Positions 37,260 to 49,808 of a stretch of DNA of 64,000 nt are shown here, one piece after another. The stretch is from Blastocatellia bacterium (GTDB lineage Bacteria > Acidobacteriota > Blastocatellia > UBA7656). Under the pieces are notes generated by a model. The model was given only the letters and a program-made list of their open reading frames with translations. It was not told where the DNA came from and did not search any database. The stretch lies in the NCBI GenBank assembly GCA_963765495.1, contig CAVXWP010000006.1:32001-96000 (forward strand), given 5' to 3'. The position numbers and the translations under genes are program-made. Each line of letters begins with the position of its first letter. Positions within the stretch are counted from its first letter, which is position 1.

Positions 37260-37630
37260 AGCAAATCTCACACCCGCCGATAAGTCGTGCGCACTCCCCT
37301 GATACGTATTTGCCGGTTTATGATCGGACGATTTATAGCGTCCTTTGGTAGACGCCGGCTCGTTAATCAGGTATGTCCTTTTTAGACTACGAAGTAGATT
37401 TGAAGGAATTGGGGTGCATCCCTCGCTTCAGATAATCCCGAATAATCTCAAAATTCGGGCGAGCGACAGCAAAGGGGGAAACCTCTACGTGAGGCAATAT
37501 ATCAGAATAAATTATGGAATGAAATACTTAAATACGCTCTATTTTTCAGCTTTTTCATTTGAATCAGGACGGGCCAAAAGATTACCTGTACGGGTAAATC
37601 GCCTCATATTGTTTTACCGATGCATTGCGG

Positions 37631-37688
37631 GGCAAGTTGAAATAGGCCAGGACGGACGCGGATGCGGCGGATTTTCGCGGATCTGATC
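37631..37688. repeat. Partial internal segment of MITE family A
   Basis: GTTGAAATAGGCCAGGACGGACGCGGATGCGGCGGATTTTCGCGGATCTGATC is nearly identical to 3504-3556. Confidence 0.8.
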
Positions 37689-37709
37689 ATGATGCCTCAG
37701 GCCATTATT

Positions 37710-38935
<1,226 letters not shown>

Positions 38936-38939
<4 letters not shown>

Positions 38940-41545
38940 TCTTCCCTCACAAAGCGAAGCGGGTCGAGGCGGAGCGCGCGCGCCGCCGGATAGAGACCGG
39001 CTGCGGCCGTGACCGCAAGTATCAATAGAGTTGACTGGATGAGAAAGGTTACGGGGAAGTGAAACTGGATCGTCCATCCGAATGACTGGACGTTTATCAC
39101 ATAGACCAGCACAAGCGACAGCATTATGCCTATCAGGATTCCCACAAATTGGCTCACGCCGCCAAGCAGAACTGCCTCGATGACGATCATTCGGCGAATC
39201 TGTTTTCGCGTAGCGCCCAGAAAACTGAGCACCGCAAGCTCTCGCCGCCTCTCAAGTATCAGCGTAAACAATGTGGAGATCACTCCCAATCCCGCGACCG
39301 CTATCGCTATCACTTCGAGCGCATAGGTGATTGAGAAGGTGCTGTCAAATATTCGAATCACCTCGCGCCGCACGGCCTCGTTTGTCCTGAGCAATATCTG
39401 ATACTTGCCGCCTATCGAGCGCGCCAGCCTCTCTTTCACGTCATCCGGGCGAGCGCCCGGCTTCAGATAAATCGAAAGGCTGCTCGGACGCGCGGCGTTA
39501 AAATGTTTATCATAAGTCCCCGCATCCATCACGACCGCGCCTCGCGTGTTCGAGTAGTCGTAATAGACAGCCTCTACTTTGAACTCTCTGTCGCCCGCCT
39601 TTGTCGGCAGCGTAATCACATCGCCGGGTTGCTTGTTGAATCGAAGCGAAAAGCTTTCCGATACGACGACCGCGTCTTTATTGATGCTTTCGCGCAGACG
39701 GTCGCGAGCATTCGAAGGGGCTTTGAATGCCAGCCGTCCGTGTTCGAGCAGGACGGGGAAGTCGCCCGCGCCAAGCGTTATCAGGTTGCCCTGATAGGTG
39801 GCCTGCTGCGCTCGAAACGAATCGACCGCGAGCACATCGGGGTCGGCTCTGACTGCGGTGATCGCTTCGTCGGCTATCTCGCCTTCTGATGTCGCCGTCG
39901 TGCGGGTCAGGGGGCGCGCAAAGATGTCGGCCTTCAGGGTCTGGTCTACCCAGTAGCTCACGGTTTCGCGGAAGCTGCCTATCATTATCGAAATCGCCAC
40001 CATCATCGCGAGGCTCATTGCAAGGGCCGCCACCGAAATCGAAACGCGGGGAATCGCGCCGCGCAGGTTGGCGCTTGCGAGTATCCCTTCTACCTGAAAG
40101 GCCGCAAGCGCCCGGTTTATAAAACGACCGCTCAACCTGCACGCAAGCCACAAGGCGTTGGGCACGAGAAAAGCGCCGCCAAACATCAGGGCAAGCGCCG
40201 CGCCGTAGCCTGCTACCGGCAGGCCGTTTATCGCGTTCAACCGGCTGAGCAGGTAACCGCAGGCAAACAGCGCAAGCGAGATGGCTAAGTATTTAGGCGA
40301 TGGCCGAAAGCTTTTGGCAAGACGTTCGGCCCCGCGCATGGCTTCAATCGGACGAACGCGCGCCGCCTCGAAAGCGGGCACCGAGGCGGCTAAGAGCGCG
40401 AGCGGGAGGGCTACGGCAAAGGCGAGACCCACCTCCGCAAGGCCGAGCGAGTAGCGGGATACGGACTGGGTCGCGGCCGTCGCTATATAAAAAGTTTCGA
40501 CCGTAACGGCTGTTGCGCGCACTGCGCCCGCCGCCATCAGGCGTCCAATCGCGAGACCTATGACCGTTCCAAAGACGGCAAGCAGCAGCGCCTCGCCCCA
40601 GAAGAGGATCAGCACCATACGGCGACCGACGCCCAGGGCGCGGAGCGTGCCTACCTCTTCGCGTCGGGTGATGACAGAGATAGAGACTGTGTTGTAGATG
40701 AGAAACAATCCTACCAGCAGGGCTATGGACCCGAGCGCGCTCAGGTTGAAATGAAATGCCGAGATCATCTTTTCCACCTGACCGAAGCGCTGGTCGGGCC
40801 GCGCAATGACGAGGCCCTCGGCGAGACGCGGGGCAATCTCGGAGGCGGCCTGCTCGGTGGAGATTTCGGGTTTGAGTTTTACATCTACGCGGTCGAGCAA
40901 GCCCAGACGGTCAAGCGCCAGTTGAGCGGCGGCGATATCCATCAGCGCGAAGTTGCCGTCGAGAACGCGGGCCGGGCCTTCGTCGAGCAACAGGCCGCGC
41001 ACCCTGAATTCGCGCCTCTGGCTGCCCATCGTGAGTGAGATGGAACTGCCTATTGAAAGATTGTGACGGCGGGCGAATTTTTCGGTAAGGATGATGGATG
41101 CCGGGTCTGTGAGCAGCAGCAGGAACTCGCGCGCCGTAGGCTCGCCCTCGCCTGAGTTGAGGCGAAGCAATTTGTAGTCGCGCAGCGAGCGGTCGCGCAA
41201 TACGTCTACGCCGAGGATTTGAAGAAACTCGCCAGCCGATTCGTCTGCCATCGCGTATCCGGTTATGACGGGGCTAATACGTCCGTAGGCGCGGAGCCAT
41301 CCGAGGTCTTTCAGCGCGAGTTCATCAAAGCGTCCGGCCGCGCCGGTGATTTGAATCGAAGTCTCTCCGGCGATGGTTTCAGTGGCGGTGCGAAAGGATT
41401 CAAGCGAGGTGGCGTTGGCCAGGCGGATGGCTATCATCACGCCTACGCCGAGGCTTATGCCGAGTACGGTTATCGCCGAGCGCACGGGGTCGCGGGCAAG
41501 CGCTCGCAGTATGAATTGCTTAAAGAGTTTGAAGTACGCCTTCAT
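38936..41545 (-). CDS. ABC transporter permease (FtsX/MacB-like, AttF/G-type)
   Basis: Two MacB-PCD/FtsX halves; RREEVGTLRALG; INVQSFGWTI. Confidence 0.9.
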
Positions 41546-42230
41546 GCTTTTGAGAACTTTCCTGGTCTTGCTCGATCAACCCGTCGCGCATGCTTATGGT
41601 GCGCCTGCCGTATGAGGCGGCTTCTTCGGAATGGGTAGCGAGGATGATTGTAACGCCGAGTTCCTGATTCAGGTCACGAAGCAGGCGCATGACGTGCTCG
41701 CCGTTTTCGCTGTCGAGGTTGCCGGTCGGCTCATCAGCCAGCACGAGTTGAGGCTGGTTGATTACGGCGCGAGCCACGGCTGCGCGCTGCATTTCGCCTC
41801 CCGAAAGCTCCGAAGGGAAATGGTCCAGCCGATTGATGAGACCGACGCGGTCCAGAAGTTTGCGTGTGCGCGTGCGCGCCTGACGTTCGCGCGTGCCGTC
41901 CAGCATCAGGGGAAGCGCTACATTTTCGGCGACCGTAAGCGTAGGCAGCAGGTTGAAGAATTGAAAGACGAAGCCCACCTCTTTGCGTCTGAGCCGCCCC
42001 AGTTCCTCTTCGTTCAGATGGTCGAGCCGCACGCCGTTGAGCGAGACGCTTCCACTCGTAGGGCGGTCCATCCCGCCTATCAAATGAAGCAATGTCGATT
42101 TGCCGCAACCCGAAGGTCCCATCAGGATGATGAAATCACCTTCTGCGGCCTCGAAACTCACACCCCTGAGCGCCGCCACGCCGCGACGGCCCCCGCCGTA
42201 AATTTTTTCTACCTTTTCGACTATAAGCAA
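41520..42230 (-). CDS. ABC transporter ATP-binding protein (LolD-like)
   Basis: GPSGCGKST, LSGGEMQR, LADEPTGNLD. Confidence 0.92.
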   Translation of the reverse strand: MLIVEKVEKIYGGGRRGVAALRGVSFEAAEGDFIILMGPSGCGKSTLLHLIGGMDRPTSGSVSLNGVRLDHLNEEELGRLRRKEVGFVFQFFNLLPTLTVAENVALPLMLDGTRERQARTRTRKLLDRVGLINRLDHFPSELSGGEMQRAAVARAVINQPQLVLADEPTGNLDSENGEHVMRLLRDLNQELGVTIILATHSEEAASYGRRTISMRDGLIEQDQESSQKHEGVLQTL

Positions 42231-42342
42231 TGGTAAGTCTCACTCCCGAATGAACTGATCAGAACAATATCACAGTATTACGTTGCCTCGCCTTTGTGGC
42301 AAGATATCGGCCTCTGCGCAGAGGCGAACGGGGGATTTTATC

Positions 42343-42547
42343 CGGGGCCATTCAGTTTTTGAATTGCGGGCAACATGCGTCAGGCGTTTTGCCAGGTTAA
42401 ATTGGATGCAAGGCGAATTGAAATAGGCCGGGACGGACGCGGATCGGGCGGATTTTCGCGGATTAAATCCTATAGTGTCAGATCCGCGCCCGTCCCGGCC
42501 TATTCCCCTTTTCCATGTGCTACATTTTGGAAAACTGAATGGCCCTG
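42343..42547. mobile_element. MITE family A, copy 2
   Basis: TIRs CGGGGCCATTCAGTTTT / AAAACTGAATGGCCCTG; 10-bp direct repeat GGATTTTATC at 42333-42342 and 42548-42557. Confidence 0.85.
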
Positions 42548-42682
42548 GGATTTTATCCATTATCTTACTCAGATGATTCATAGCCACATTGAATTATTCT
42601 TCTCTCTCTAATAAGCTTTCGCAGAACGCTTCTTTGATCAAGGTCTGAGGTTGTCGAGACCAGAACGGCTCCGGGAGGTGGT

Positions 42683-43939
42683 ATGAGTAAAGGCAAGAAG
42701 AAAGAGAAAGAAGATTCTGCAAAGAGAGTGCTGGAACGCATACGCCGATCGGCCGCATTGTTGAAGAAAGGCGATTACCCGGATGAGCTTTTTGATGATG
42801 TCCTGTGGATGGTTGAGCGCGGTCTTGAAGAGAAAGTTTATCAACTCATAGAAGAAGAAGAATACGACGAAGAGGTTCTGGATGTCCTGGCGATGGCTCT
42901 TCATGAGGCGGGTTATCGTTTGTACCTTTCATTCGTCCCCGCATCAAAGCAGGAGAAAGCGAGCGTCCGCGAAGAGATTCCCGCAATAATGATCCCCTTT
43001 GCCATTATATTTGCCGTGCCGGTCTTGATAGGCGAAGCCGCAAGTTTCCCGACCGAACTCCCTCTGACCATAAAGCGAGCCGCGGAGGATCGGATTATAA
43101 GAGACGCGCTTGGCCTCGATGAAGGAGGCTCGATATTTCTCGATGATCGACTCTATCGCGTAGACCATACGGAGTGGCGGCAGGAATCGGCCGCCAGAGA
43201 GTATCTGAACTCTCTGGCGTCTTACCTTACAAAATCGAAGAAGAAGTTCCCGCCTCTCGCCGCCGACTACAATGACCCGCCGCAGTTTCACGGCGACCCT
43301 TACCAGCTTGAAAGAATGAGCATTATTCAAAGAGCGGTCTGTGGAGCGGTCCTGACAAATCAGGGAGAGGAAGGCGAAGAAGCGCTCGAATTTGAAGACC
43401 ATATCTTCGGAGAATCGGAAGAAGGAAGATTCGACGCTTTGGGGAACCTGATCAAGGAAGAACTCGCTTCGCACATGGCCGGGCCTGAATTCGATGTCTT
43501 TGTCTATCCTTATCTCGTCGAATTGAATGAAGTGCCTGAAAGCGGCCTCCAGCTTCAGCGAACCATTCAGATATCGCTTGAGACCGAAAGAGCGATGCAG
43601 AACCTGCTCGAAATGGCCCCGCCCGGAGAAGTTATCGAGCCGCTTCTATATGTATCGCGCCACGGAGGAGATGAGGTAGTCGAAGAGATTCGGCTTGCGG
43701 CTTACGGGCGCGAGGCGGAAGACGAAGAGCCGTTCTTTACCTTCGTCTGGGAGATAGTCCACGAACTGGAAGACCCCGAAGACGTTTCCGAAGCCATAGT
43801 GGAAATCTCAAAACAGCTTAATGCCAAGATACTGCTGGTGGAAGAAATATTATCCGATGAGAGATGCGATGATTGCGGCGCGAAGCTCTATCACGGCCCC
43901 GGCGGTCTGTCTCACGGCACCGAGTACCGCGAAGAGTAG
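42683..43939 (+). CDS. Acidic hypothetical protein with C-terminal CxxC
   Basis: GGAGG RBS; 418 aa; ERCDDCGAKLY. Confidence 0.75.
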   Translation: MSKGKKKEKEDSAKRVLERIRRSAALLKKGDYPDELFDDVLWMVERGLEEKVYQLIEEEEYDEEVLDVLAMALHEAGYRLYLSFVPASKQEKASVREEIPAIMIPFAIIFAVPVLIGEAASFPTELPLTIKRAAEDRIIRDALGLDEGGSIFLDDRLYRVDHTEWRQESAAREYLNSLASYLTKSKKKFPPLAADYNDPPQFHGDPYQLERMSIIQRAVCGAVLTNQGEEGEEALEFEDHIFGESEEGRFDALGNLIKEELASHMAGPEFDVFVYPYLVELNEVPESGLQLQRTIQISLETERAMQNLLEMAPPGEVIEPLLYVSRHGGDEVVEEIRLAAYGREAEDEEPFFTFVWEIVHELEDPEDVSEAIVEISKQLNAKILLVEEILSDERCDDCGAKLYHGPGGLSHGTEYREE

Positions 43940-43940
43940 G

Positions 43941-44071
43941 TTCGTGATGCGTGATGCGTGATGCGTGACCTGTGACTTTTAGCCTGGCCACTGTCAAAAA
44001 CAAATCGCAAGCTTGATAAGGGTGAAAGAGATCAAGCTCTGATGTAATCACGCATCACGAATCACGCATCA
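43941..44071. repeat. GCGTGAT heptamer inverted repeat
   Basis: (CGTGATG)3 on the left arm; ATCACGCATCACGAATCACGCATCA on the right arm. Confidence 0.8.
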
Positions 44072-44076
44072 TTCGC

Positions 44077-44460
44077 TCATCTTTCCACCACGCCGAGCAC
44101 GGGGCGGCCCGTCGCATTTAGCGCCCTCCGAATGGCCTCGGAATCGAATTGCAGCAGCGAATTGCCGCCGCCGTTTGTATTAAAGGTCGGGCCTTGAAAT
44201 CCGCCCGTGCTCCCGAATTTGGCGATGATCATCGCCCCGTAGATATTGCCGTTGCCGCCGCCGTTTCGAGTCACCGAGCCGCCACCCGGAACCATAATCA
44301 ATCCCTCAAAATCCGGGTTGCCGCTCAATGTCAGATTGCCCGTTACGACCAGCAGCCCCGCTCCTCCATCCAGGTTGGCATTGCCGTCAACGAACTTGAA
44401 GGCAGGGACGCTCGTGGTGCCTACGGTGCCGCTGAAATCGCCTGAAACATAACTCTCAAA
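44077..44460 (-). pseudogene. C-terminal fragment of a PilX-like/adhesin protein
   Basis: FVDGNANL.GGAGLLVVTGNLTLSGNPDFEGLIMV...GNIYGAMI beta-solenoid-like tail; no credible start or N-terminal domain. Confidence 0.6.
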
Positions 44461-44737
44461 TTCGGTGAGGCAGGAAGCCACAAAAAATGGAACGCTCAAT
44501 TTATACGTGGCGATCCCGTGAAGGAAAGAAGCAATTATTTCTTTACTTAAACGAGCGGAAATATCTGCAAATCAAAAGTGGAATTTATACCCATCGCAAG
44601 GTTTGACCTGTGACAGAAAGGGACTAGCTATGTTATTGATAAGACACGGGTTAGGTGTTACTTTTTGCGGCAAAGTACGGAAGCTGTTATTAGCCATTTT
44701 GACAGATTTACAGGTGTAACCGTTCAGGTTGAGACAA

Positions 44738-45801
44738 TTATTGCCCTGTCGCATCTTCACGCGCATACAGGATGAGCTTTACGCCGGGTCGCAATCGGCA
44801 CGTTTTGATTTGTCGGTAACGGGTGCCGAATGATGATTGAATCTCTTCTTCCTGAGCTTCGGATGCAATTATGATCGAGTCGTTCAACTCGACTACGCGC
44901 CCATAATATCCGACGTGGTTGTAATCGCGCAGATACCAGGGCAGGGGCCAGTATTCCGGCGATGTGACGGCGATTGTTGTATCCAGACCTGTCACGGTAT
45001 TTTTTGCAATGCGGTTGATATCGCGGGTTTGCTTCGCGAGGTTTGCTCTATCTGAGACCTGTCACGGGGTCTGGTCTTTCTGATTTTCACGAACAAGGCA
45101 GTGGCAAAAAAAGCTGTGACCAGCACCCCCACAGACAACCCGGCCGTCTCTTTTGTCGCAAAAAGAAGGGCAGCCGAAGCCGAGGCCGCAAACAGATAAA
45201 CCGCTTTTGACGTGTCGCAGTATCTCAACATTGCGACGATAAAACCAAGCGTGAAAAAGACAAATAACGATTCGTGTATAAAGTAGCGGGACATATAGAC
45301 AGCGCCGGGCGATACGGCCACGAGCGCGGCAGATGCGAGCGCGCCGATTGAACCCGTGTAGCGCCGCAGGCAAAGGATCAGCCAGATCGTGCCTATGCCA
45401 AACAACACCGTGACCAGGCGAAGCGCGAAAGTATTCAATCCGAATAGATAAGAAATAGGCAGGGCAAAATAATAAAGCGAAGGACCGTGATAGTTGGCCG
45501 GGTCGTACTGGTAAAAGCCTTCGCGGAACAGCCTCAGAATAAAAAATCCGTTTACGCCTTCGTCCTGATGCAGGGGATTTAGCTGAAGTTCATAAAGCCG
45601 CAGAAGCGCCCCCTCGATCAATATCGCTGCGCTTGCCACCCGCCATACGCTTTCCGACATTTCGAGTGCGCCGCCCGCTTCTGCATCAGAATTCTTCGGG
45701 TCGTTTCCGTAAGCGCCCTGTCTTGCGTCCGAATCCTCAGCGCCGGGTGATTTCGTAGAGGGTATACTCACCAGCTTCTCCGATTTTTTTATAGCGCTCA
45801 A
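44738..45801 (-). pseudogene. GT-C fold glycosyltransferase (TIGR03663/Agl23-like), split with internal deletion
   Basis: N-terminal part PLHQDEGVN...YDPANYHGP...SRYFIHE...ATKET; separate C-terminal part EYWPLPWYLRDY in another frame. Confidence 0.7.
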
Positions 45802-47650
45802 AGAATGAATCGCTCACATTCATCAGATTGCGTTCGAGCGGGCTCACGACTACTTATTCGACGCCGTAGTCCGACATCAGCATCTCGGCATCGGACGCGC
45901 CCGCGTATATGTTTTTGATTTCGGCCTCTCGTTTGGCGTAATCAAGCCCGTGCGTCCAGATATGACCAGGATAGCCCATAAGCGAGCGCCTGCCGGTCAA
46001 AAATACCGGGCTGTTAAATGTTGCTGCGTGCAGGATGAGGGTGCGCGGGCGGGTATTATTCATAATCATTCCGGCAAATTCGACCCCTTCGCTGTCGAAC
46101 TCTCTGTAGCGGGATGCGCCTGAAATGATTCGCCAGATATCGAGGCTCCCGGCCAGCACAAGCGAGACGAAGATCGCCACGGCAAGGTAGCGGCTCGATT
46201 TTTGCCGCCTCCATAAACGAGCAAGCATCAAAGCCACGAGCGGCACAGAGGCGATATACCAGTAGACCAGGATTTTGATATTATCCCAAATCCAGGGAGC
46301 CGCCCTGAACAGATTCGCCGCGATAAAACACAACGTAAACGGAATATAGAATACGAGCAATTTGTTGTTCACAACGCGCTTTTTGCCGGGCCAAAAAATT
46401 GCCGCCACAATGAGCGGTATGAGCAAGCCGGTATTCTTGAACCAGAAAAGAAAGATGTTCTCTTTGCCGCTATCGAATCCCGGTTGCCACCCTAAAAAGC
46501 TCGCGGCCGTATCCATCCTGCCCTCAACCATCCAGAAAAGCTGTGGCGCGGCAACGACCAGGGCAGCGGCAAAAAAGCAGGCCCACGCGCGCCACTTTCT
46601 TCTGAGCAGCATAAGACAAAAACCGGTTGTCATAACCACAAGGAATGTGTGCGTATGTATGAGCGGCAAAAGCCCCGCAATCAGCCCGGCTGTCGTCATC
46701 CGCCTTGATTGGGCTTCCTCGTCATCTGCAATCCACCACTGGGTGAAAATGACGATGGCGAGCGGGAGCCCGAGCAGAAGGCTCCGTTGAGGGACCAGCA
46801 GCGCCGTCAGGATATTGCCCATGCGCCATGCGCTGTCGGGCAGGATCGTGTAATCGTGCGGCAACCGTTCAAGCAATCTGAAGATGCCCGTTTCGGTTTG
46901 GTGAGCGTCTTTAAATAAAAGCCACCAGCCCAGGCCGCCGCTCAAAAACAGAAGCGCAGGCGAGACAAGCGCCGCTATTCGATCTCTGGTCACGATGAGC
47001 GCCCAGCGGTGAAAAAGGCCGACCAGCGCAAGCGCGAGCGCGATATTTTCGAGAAATACAGCACGGCGGAGGCTCGCGCCGTATCGGACGAACACGGCGG
47101 CCACAAGGTCTGCGAGGAAAGGATAGACGAATCGAACACGGGCAAACGTGGGGTCTTCGGGCGGTATGTTCTCGCCGTAAGCAAATCTGGTAATCACGCT
47201 TATGTGAAAGGGCAGATCGCCATAGTTTGTGGTCACGCCCGTATAGATGCCGTCACTCGTTTCAAACATCGCGCGATCAAAGACCAGCCACAGCACAAGC
47301 CCGGCAAGTAAATAAAAGATCAGATAAGCCGCGTGGCGGCGCGCGGGTCGTTTTGCAACTGCCGCTAGCGTCGCTATCATCGCCTTTATATCGGCTCGCG
47401 CCCGCTCTTTGTGCGCTCGATCAAAGAGCAGCAAGGTTGGGGAAGCTGTTATAGCTCCCGCGAGAAAGATGACACCCGTGGAAAAGCCGAAAAGGAAAGC
47501 CAGTATGAATACTGAGAAGCCGAGAAGCGCCAGCCCCAGACAGGTTCCCGCGCAGAGTCGCGCGGCGAAATGCGATTCCGCATCGTAGAGATAGGTGAGC
47601 GCGGCCCCACCCGTGATCGTAATCAACTCAAGAGTCAGCGCGAAAAGCAT
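45737..47650 (-). pseudogene. Polytopic GT-C-like membrane protein with a premature stop at 45854-45856
   Basis: YGDLPFH, WIWDNIK and GYPGHIWTHG motifs; the frame continues past the TAA as VVVSPLERN...YTLYEITRR to a TGA at 45737. Confidence 0.65.
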
Positions 47651-47778
47651 CGCGAAAATTATAAGTTCAGGGTTGATGATTTGCGATACAAAGATTAAGG
47701 CACCAGAGACTTGGTTTTGCCCTGGTGCCTTTCTGCTCAGGCGGGAAGTTTGTCTGTTCGGCTTTTGGCGGTCTCGTT

Positions 47779-49797
47779 TTAGTTGTTTGGGCGATACCAG
47801 GAGATACCCGTAGCCGTGGGCGAGGCCACGCTGGCGATAGCCGTTTCAGTTGACCCGCTGTTATCTTCGCCCAGGCTGTAAACTGTGCCCGGAAAGAAAG
47901 GCGGGCCGAAGCTGCCGCCGGAAAAGCGCACGTCATAGAATATGTCACGGTTGGTGTATGCAATGTTGTTTATCTTGGCCTGTACGCGGCTCCCAACCAG
48001 CTTCCAACGGTCGTTGCTTCCGGGTGAGCTGCTTCCGGTATAGACGATTGAGCCTTCGATCTGGCCTCCGTCATTAGATATGTTCTTGTTGAAGGTAGCG
48101 ATTGCCGCGTTGATTTCAAGGTTGAGGCCGCTTGAGACGTAACTCGAATTCGGAGAAAGATTCACATTGCCGTCGTTGGTGAATATTCCAAGCACGTTTT
48201 GAATCGAGTTCAGATTCGACACGGGTGTCCCGTCAGAGTTGGCAACCGCGTCCTGGTATTTTATGTCGCCCGTGATTGTTATGTCTCGTTGCGCGGTGAC
48301 GGTCAATCTGGTTCCGGCAGCCAGCGCGGGCTTGACCGAGCCGTTATTTGTACCGCCGCGCAGGCTATTGATTGCGCCGTTTACAAACAGCGATACGGCA
48401 GGCTTCGGAGACTGCGATTTGAACCTGTCGGTCGGCACTCCGGTGAATGTCCTCGTATTACTGCCCGTTGTGATGGTTGTTGTGTTGGCAGACGGGTTTA
48501 CCGTGATGGTGGTTTTGGTGCTGCCTTGTTTGATTATGTATTCTTGATTGCCCCCATTGGAAATAAGCTGAATATCGTCTGCGTTGCCCTGCACATAAAT
48601 TCCCGCTCCTGAAATCGAAACGCCATCACCGGAAGGGACATAGACGCCGTTATTGAGGAGTGCCCCGATCAGGCCGGGCTTGTTGTTTGATGCATCGCGC
48701 AGGTTGGCCGAAAGCGTCTGAGAGGCAACGCGCCCGAGCGAGTCGAACACAGGAAGCAGGTTGCCCAGCAGGTCCTTAGGTATGACGGCGGGCGGGTCAA
48801 CGGGCGTGCCGTCAGGATTCTTGTCGAGTATTCCCGTCCCGTTTATTACGGCGTACTCCTGCGAGTAGTTGTTATCGGGGAGCGGCACCTGAGCCACTTT
48901 CTTGTAGCCTTCCGAGCTTATGTCTATACCCGTGATGCTATTACCTGGTATGTTCTGGTGCCCGTTGTTGAAGTCACTGCTGTCATATCGAATATAATCG
49001 TCCACTTGTGACACCCTGTTGCGAAAAGAGACGGTCCGGCTCGATGCGAAAGCAAAGTGGGTGTTGGTGTGGACAATGCCTGTAAAAGTCCCTCCGGCAA
49101 GAGCCGCGTTTGATATCGTATCTCCATTGTCGAAGAATGCTCCAAAGCCCGAAAAGCTGAAGGTGCGGTCTGTGCCCGAAGAGGAACCACCCGTCAGGTT
49201 GATGTTGGTTGATATTCGCCCGGTCTCGGCGACCGTCGCCTTGCCGCCCGCTTCCGTGGTGCCGGTGACCTGAAACGAATAGCGCAATACATCGGTCTCG
49301 GTGGCCTTGGTCGAAGATGTCTTTACGACGCTGACCGTGCCTGAGAATTTGCCGTACTGCACGGTGAAGGCCGAGCCGTTGATGTCCTTGAGTTTTATCT
49401 TTCGCGCCTCGATCTGCGCCAACTGATTGGCCCGCGCATAGACGTTTGTGTAAAAGACATTGTTCGGGTCTGCAACCGGATCGGGCAGCACCTGTATATC
49501 GGGAAAAGTGCCCTTGCGATAAAACCCGCCAGTCCCGTATGTGGCCGTGCCGTCCTTTATCTTTGCGATCTCTTCTTCGAGCGCCTGCGCAAGGGCGCGC
49601 CGCGCTACGGCAGACCCGGCGTCGGCCGTGAAGAATGCCTGTTCGCCTACACGCTGGCTCTTGGTGATGACCGTGTCTGTCGTCGCAGAAAAGACTACAG
49701 CCATACCGAGCGCCAGCAGGATGGTCGAAACCAGCAATGTTGTGATGAGCGCGATACCGCGTTCATTCTTCTCCTGTTCGTTTCTCTTCTTAATCAT
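47779..49797 (-). CDS. Large PilX-like minor pilin (cassette B)
   Basis: ERG|IALITTLL type III signal without Glu5; AFFTADAG; long Gly/Asn/Thr-rich C-terminal domain. Confidence 0.8.
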   Translation of the reverse strand: MIKKRNEQEKNERGIALITTLLVSTILLALGMAVVFSATTDTVITKSQRVGEQAFFTADAGSAVARRALAQALEEEIAKIKDGTATYGTGGFYRKGTFPDIQVLPDPVADPNNVFYTNVYARANQLAQIEARKIKLKDINGSAFTVQYGKFSGTVSVVKTSSTKATETDVLRYSFQVTGTTEAGGKATVAETGRISTNINLTGGSSSGTDRTFSFSGFGAFFDNGDTISNAALAGGTFTGIVHTNTHFAFASSRTVSFRNRVSQVDDYIRYDSSDFNNGHQNIPGNSITGIDISSEGYKKVAQVPLPDNNYSQEYAVINGTGILDKNPDGTPVDPPAVIPKDLLGNLLPVFDSLGRVASQTLSANLRDASNNKPGLIGALLNNGVYVPSGDGVSISGAGIYVQGNADDIQLISNGGNQEYIIKQGSTKTTITVNPSANTTTITTGSNTRTFTGVPTDRFKSQSPKPAVSLFVNGAINSLRGGTNNGSVKPALAAGTRLTVTAQRDITITGDIKYQDAVANSDGTPVSNLNSIQNVLGIFTNDGNVNLSPNSSYVSSGLNLEINAAIATFNKNISNDGGQIEGSIVYTGSSSPGSNDRWKLVGSRVQAKINNIAYTNRDIFYDVRFSGGSFGPPFFPGTVYSLGEDNSGSTETAIASVASPTATGISWYRPNN

Positions 49798-49808
49798 AAC
49801 GGCCTCTC

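Noticed and set aside
42270-42611. Short ORFs containing IGRDGRGS (also 37345-37686)
   Set aside because: Translations of the MITE A palindrome, not genes.
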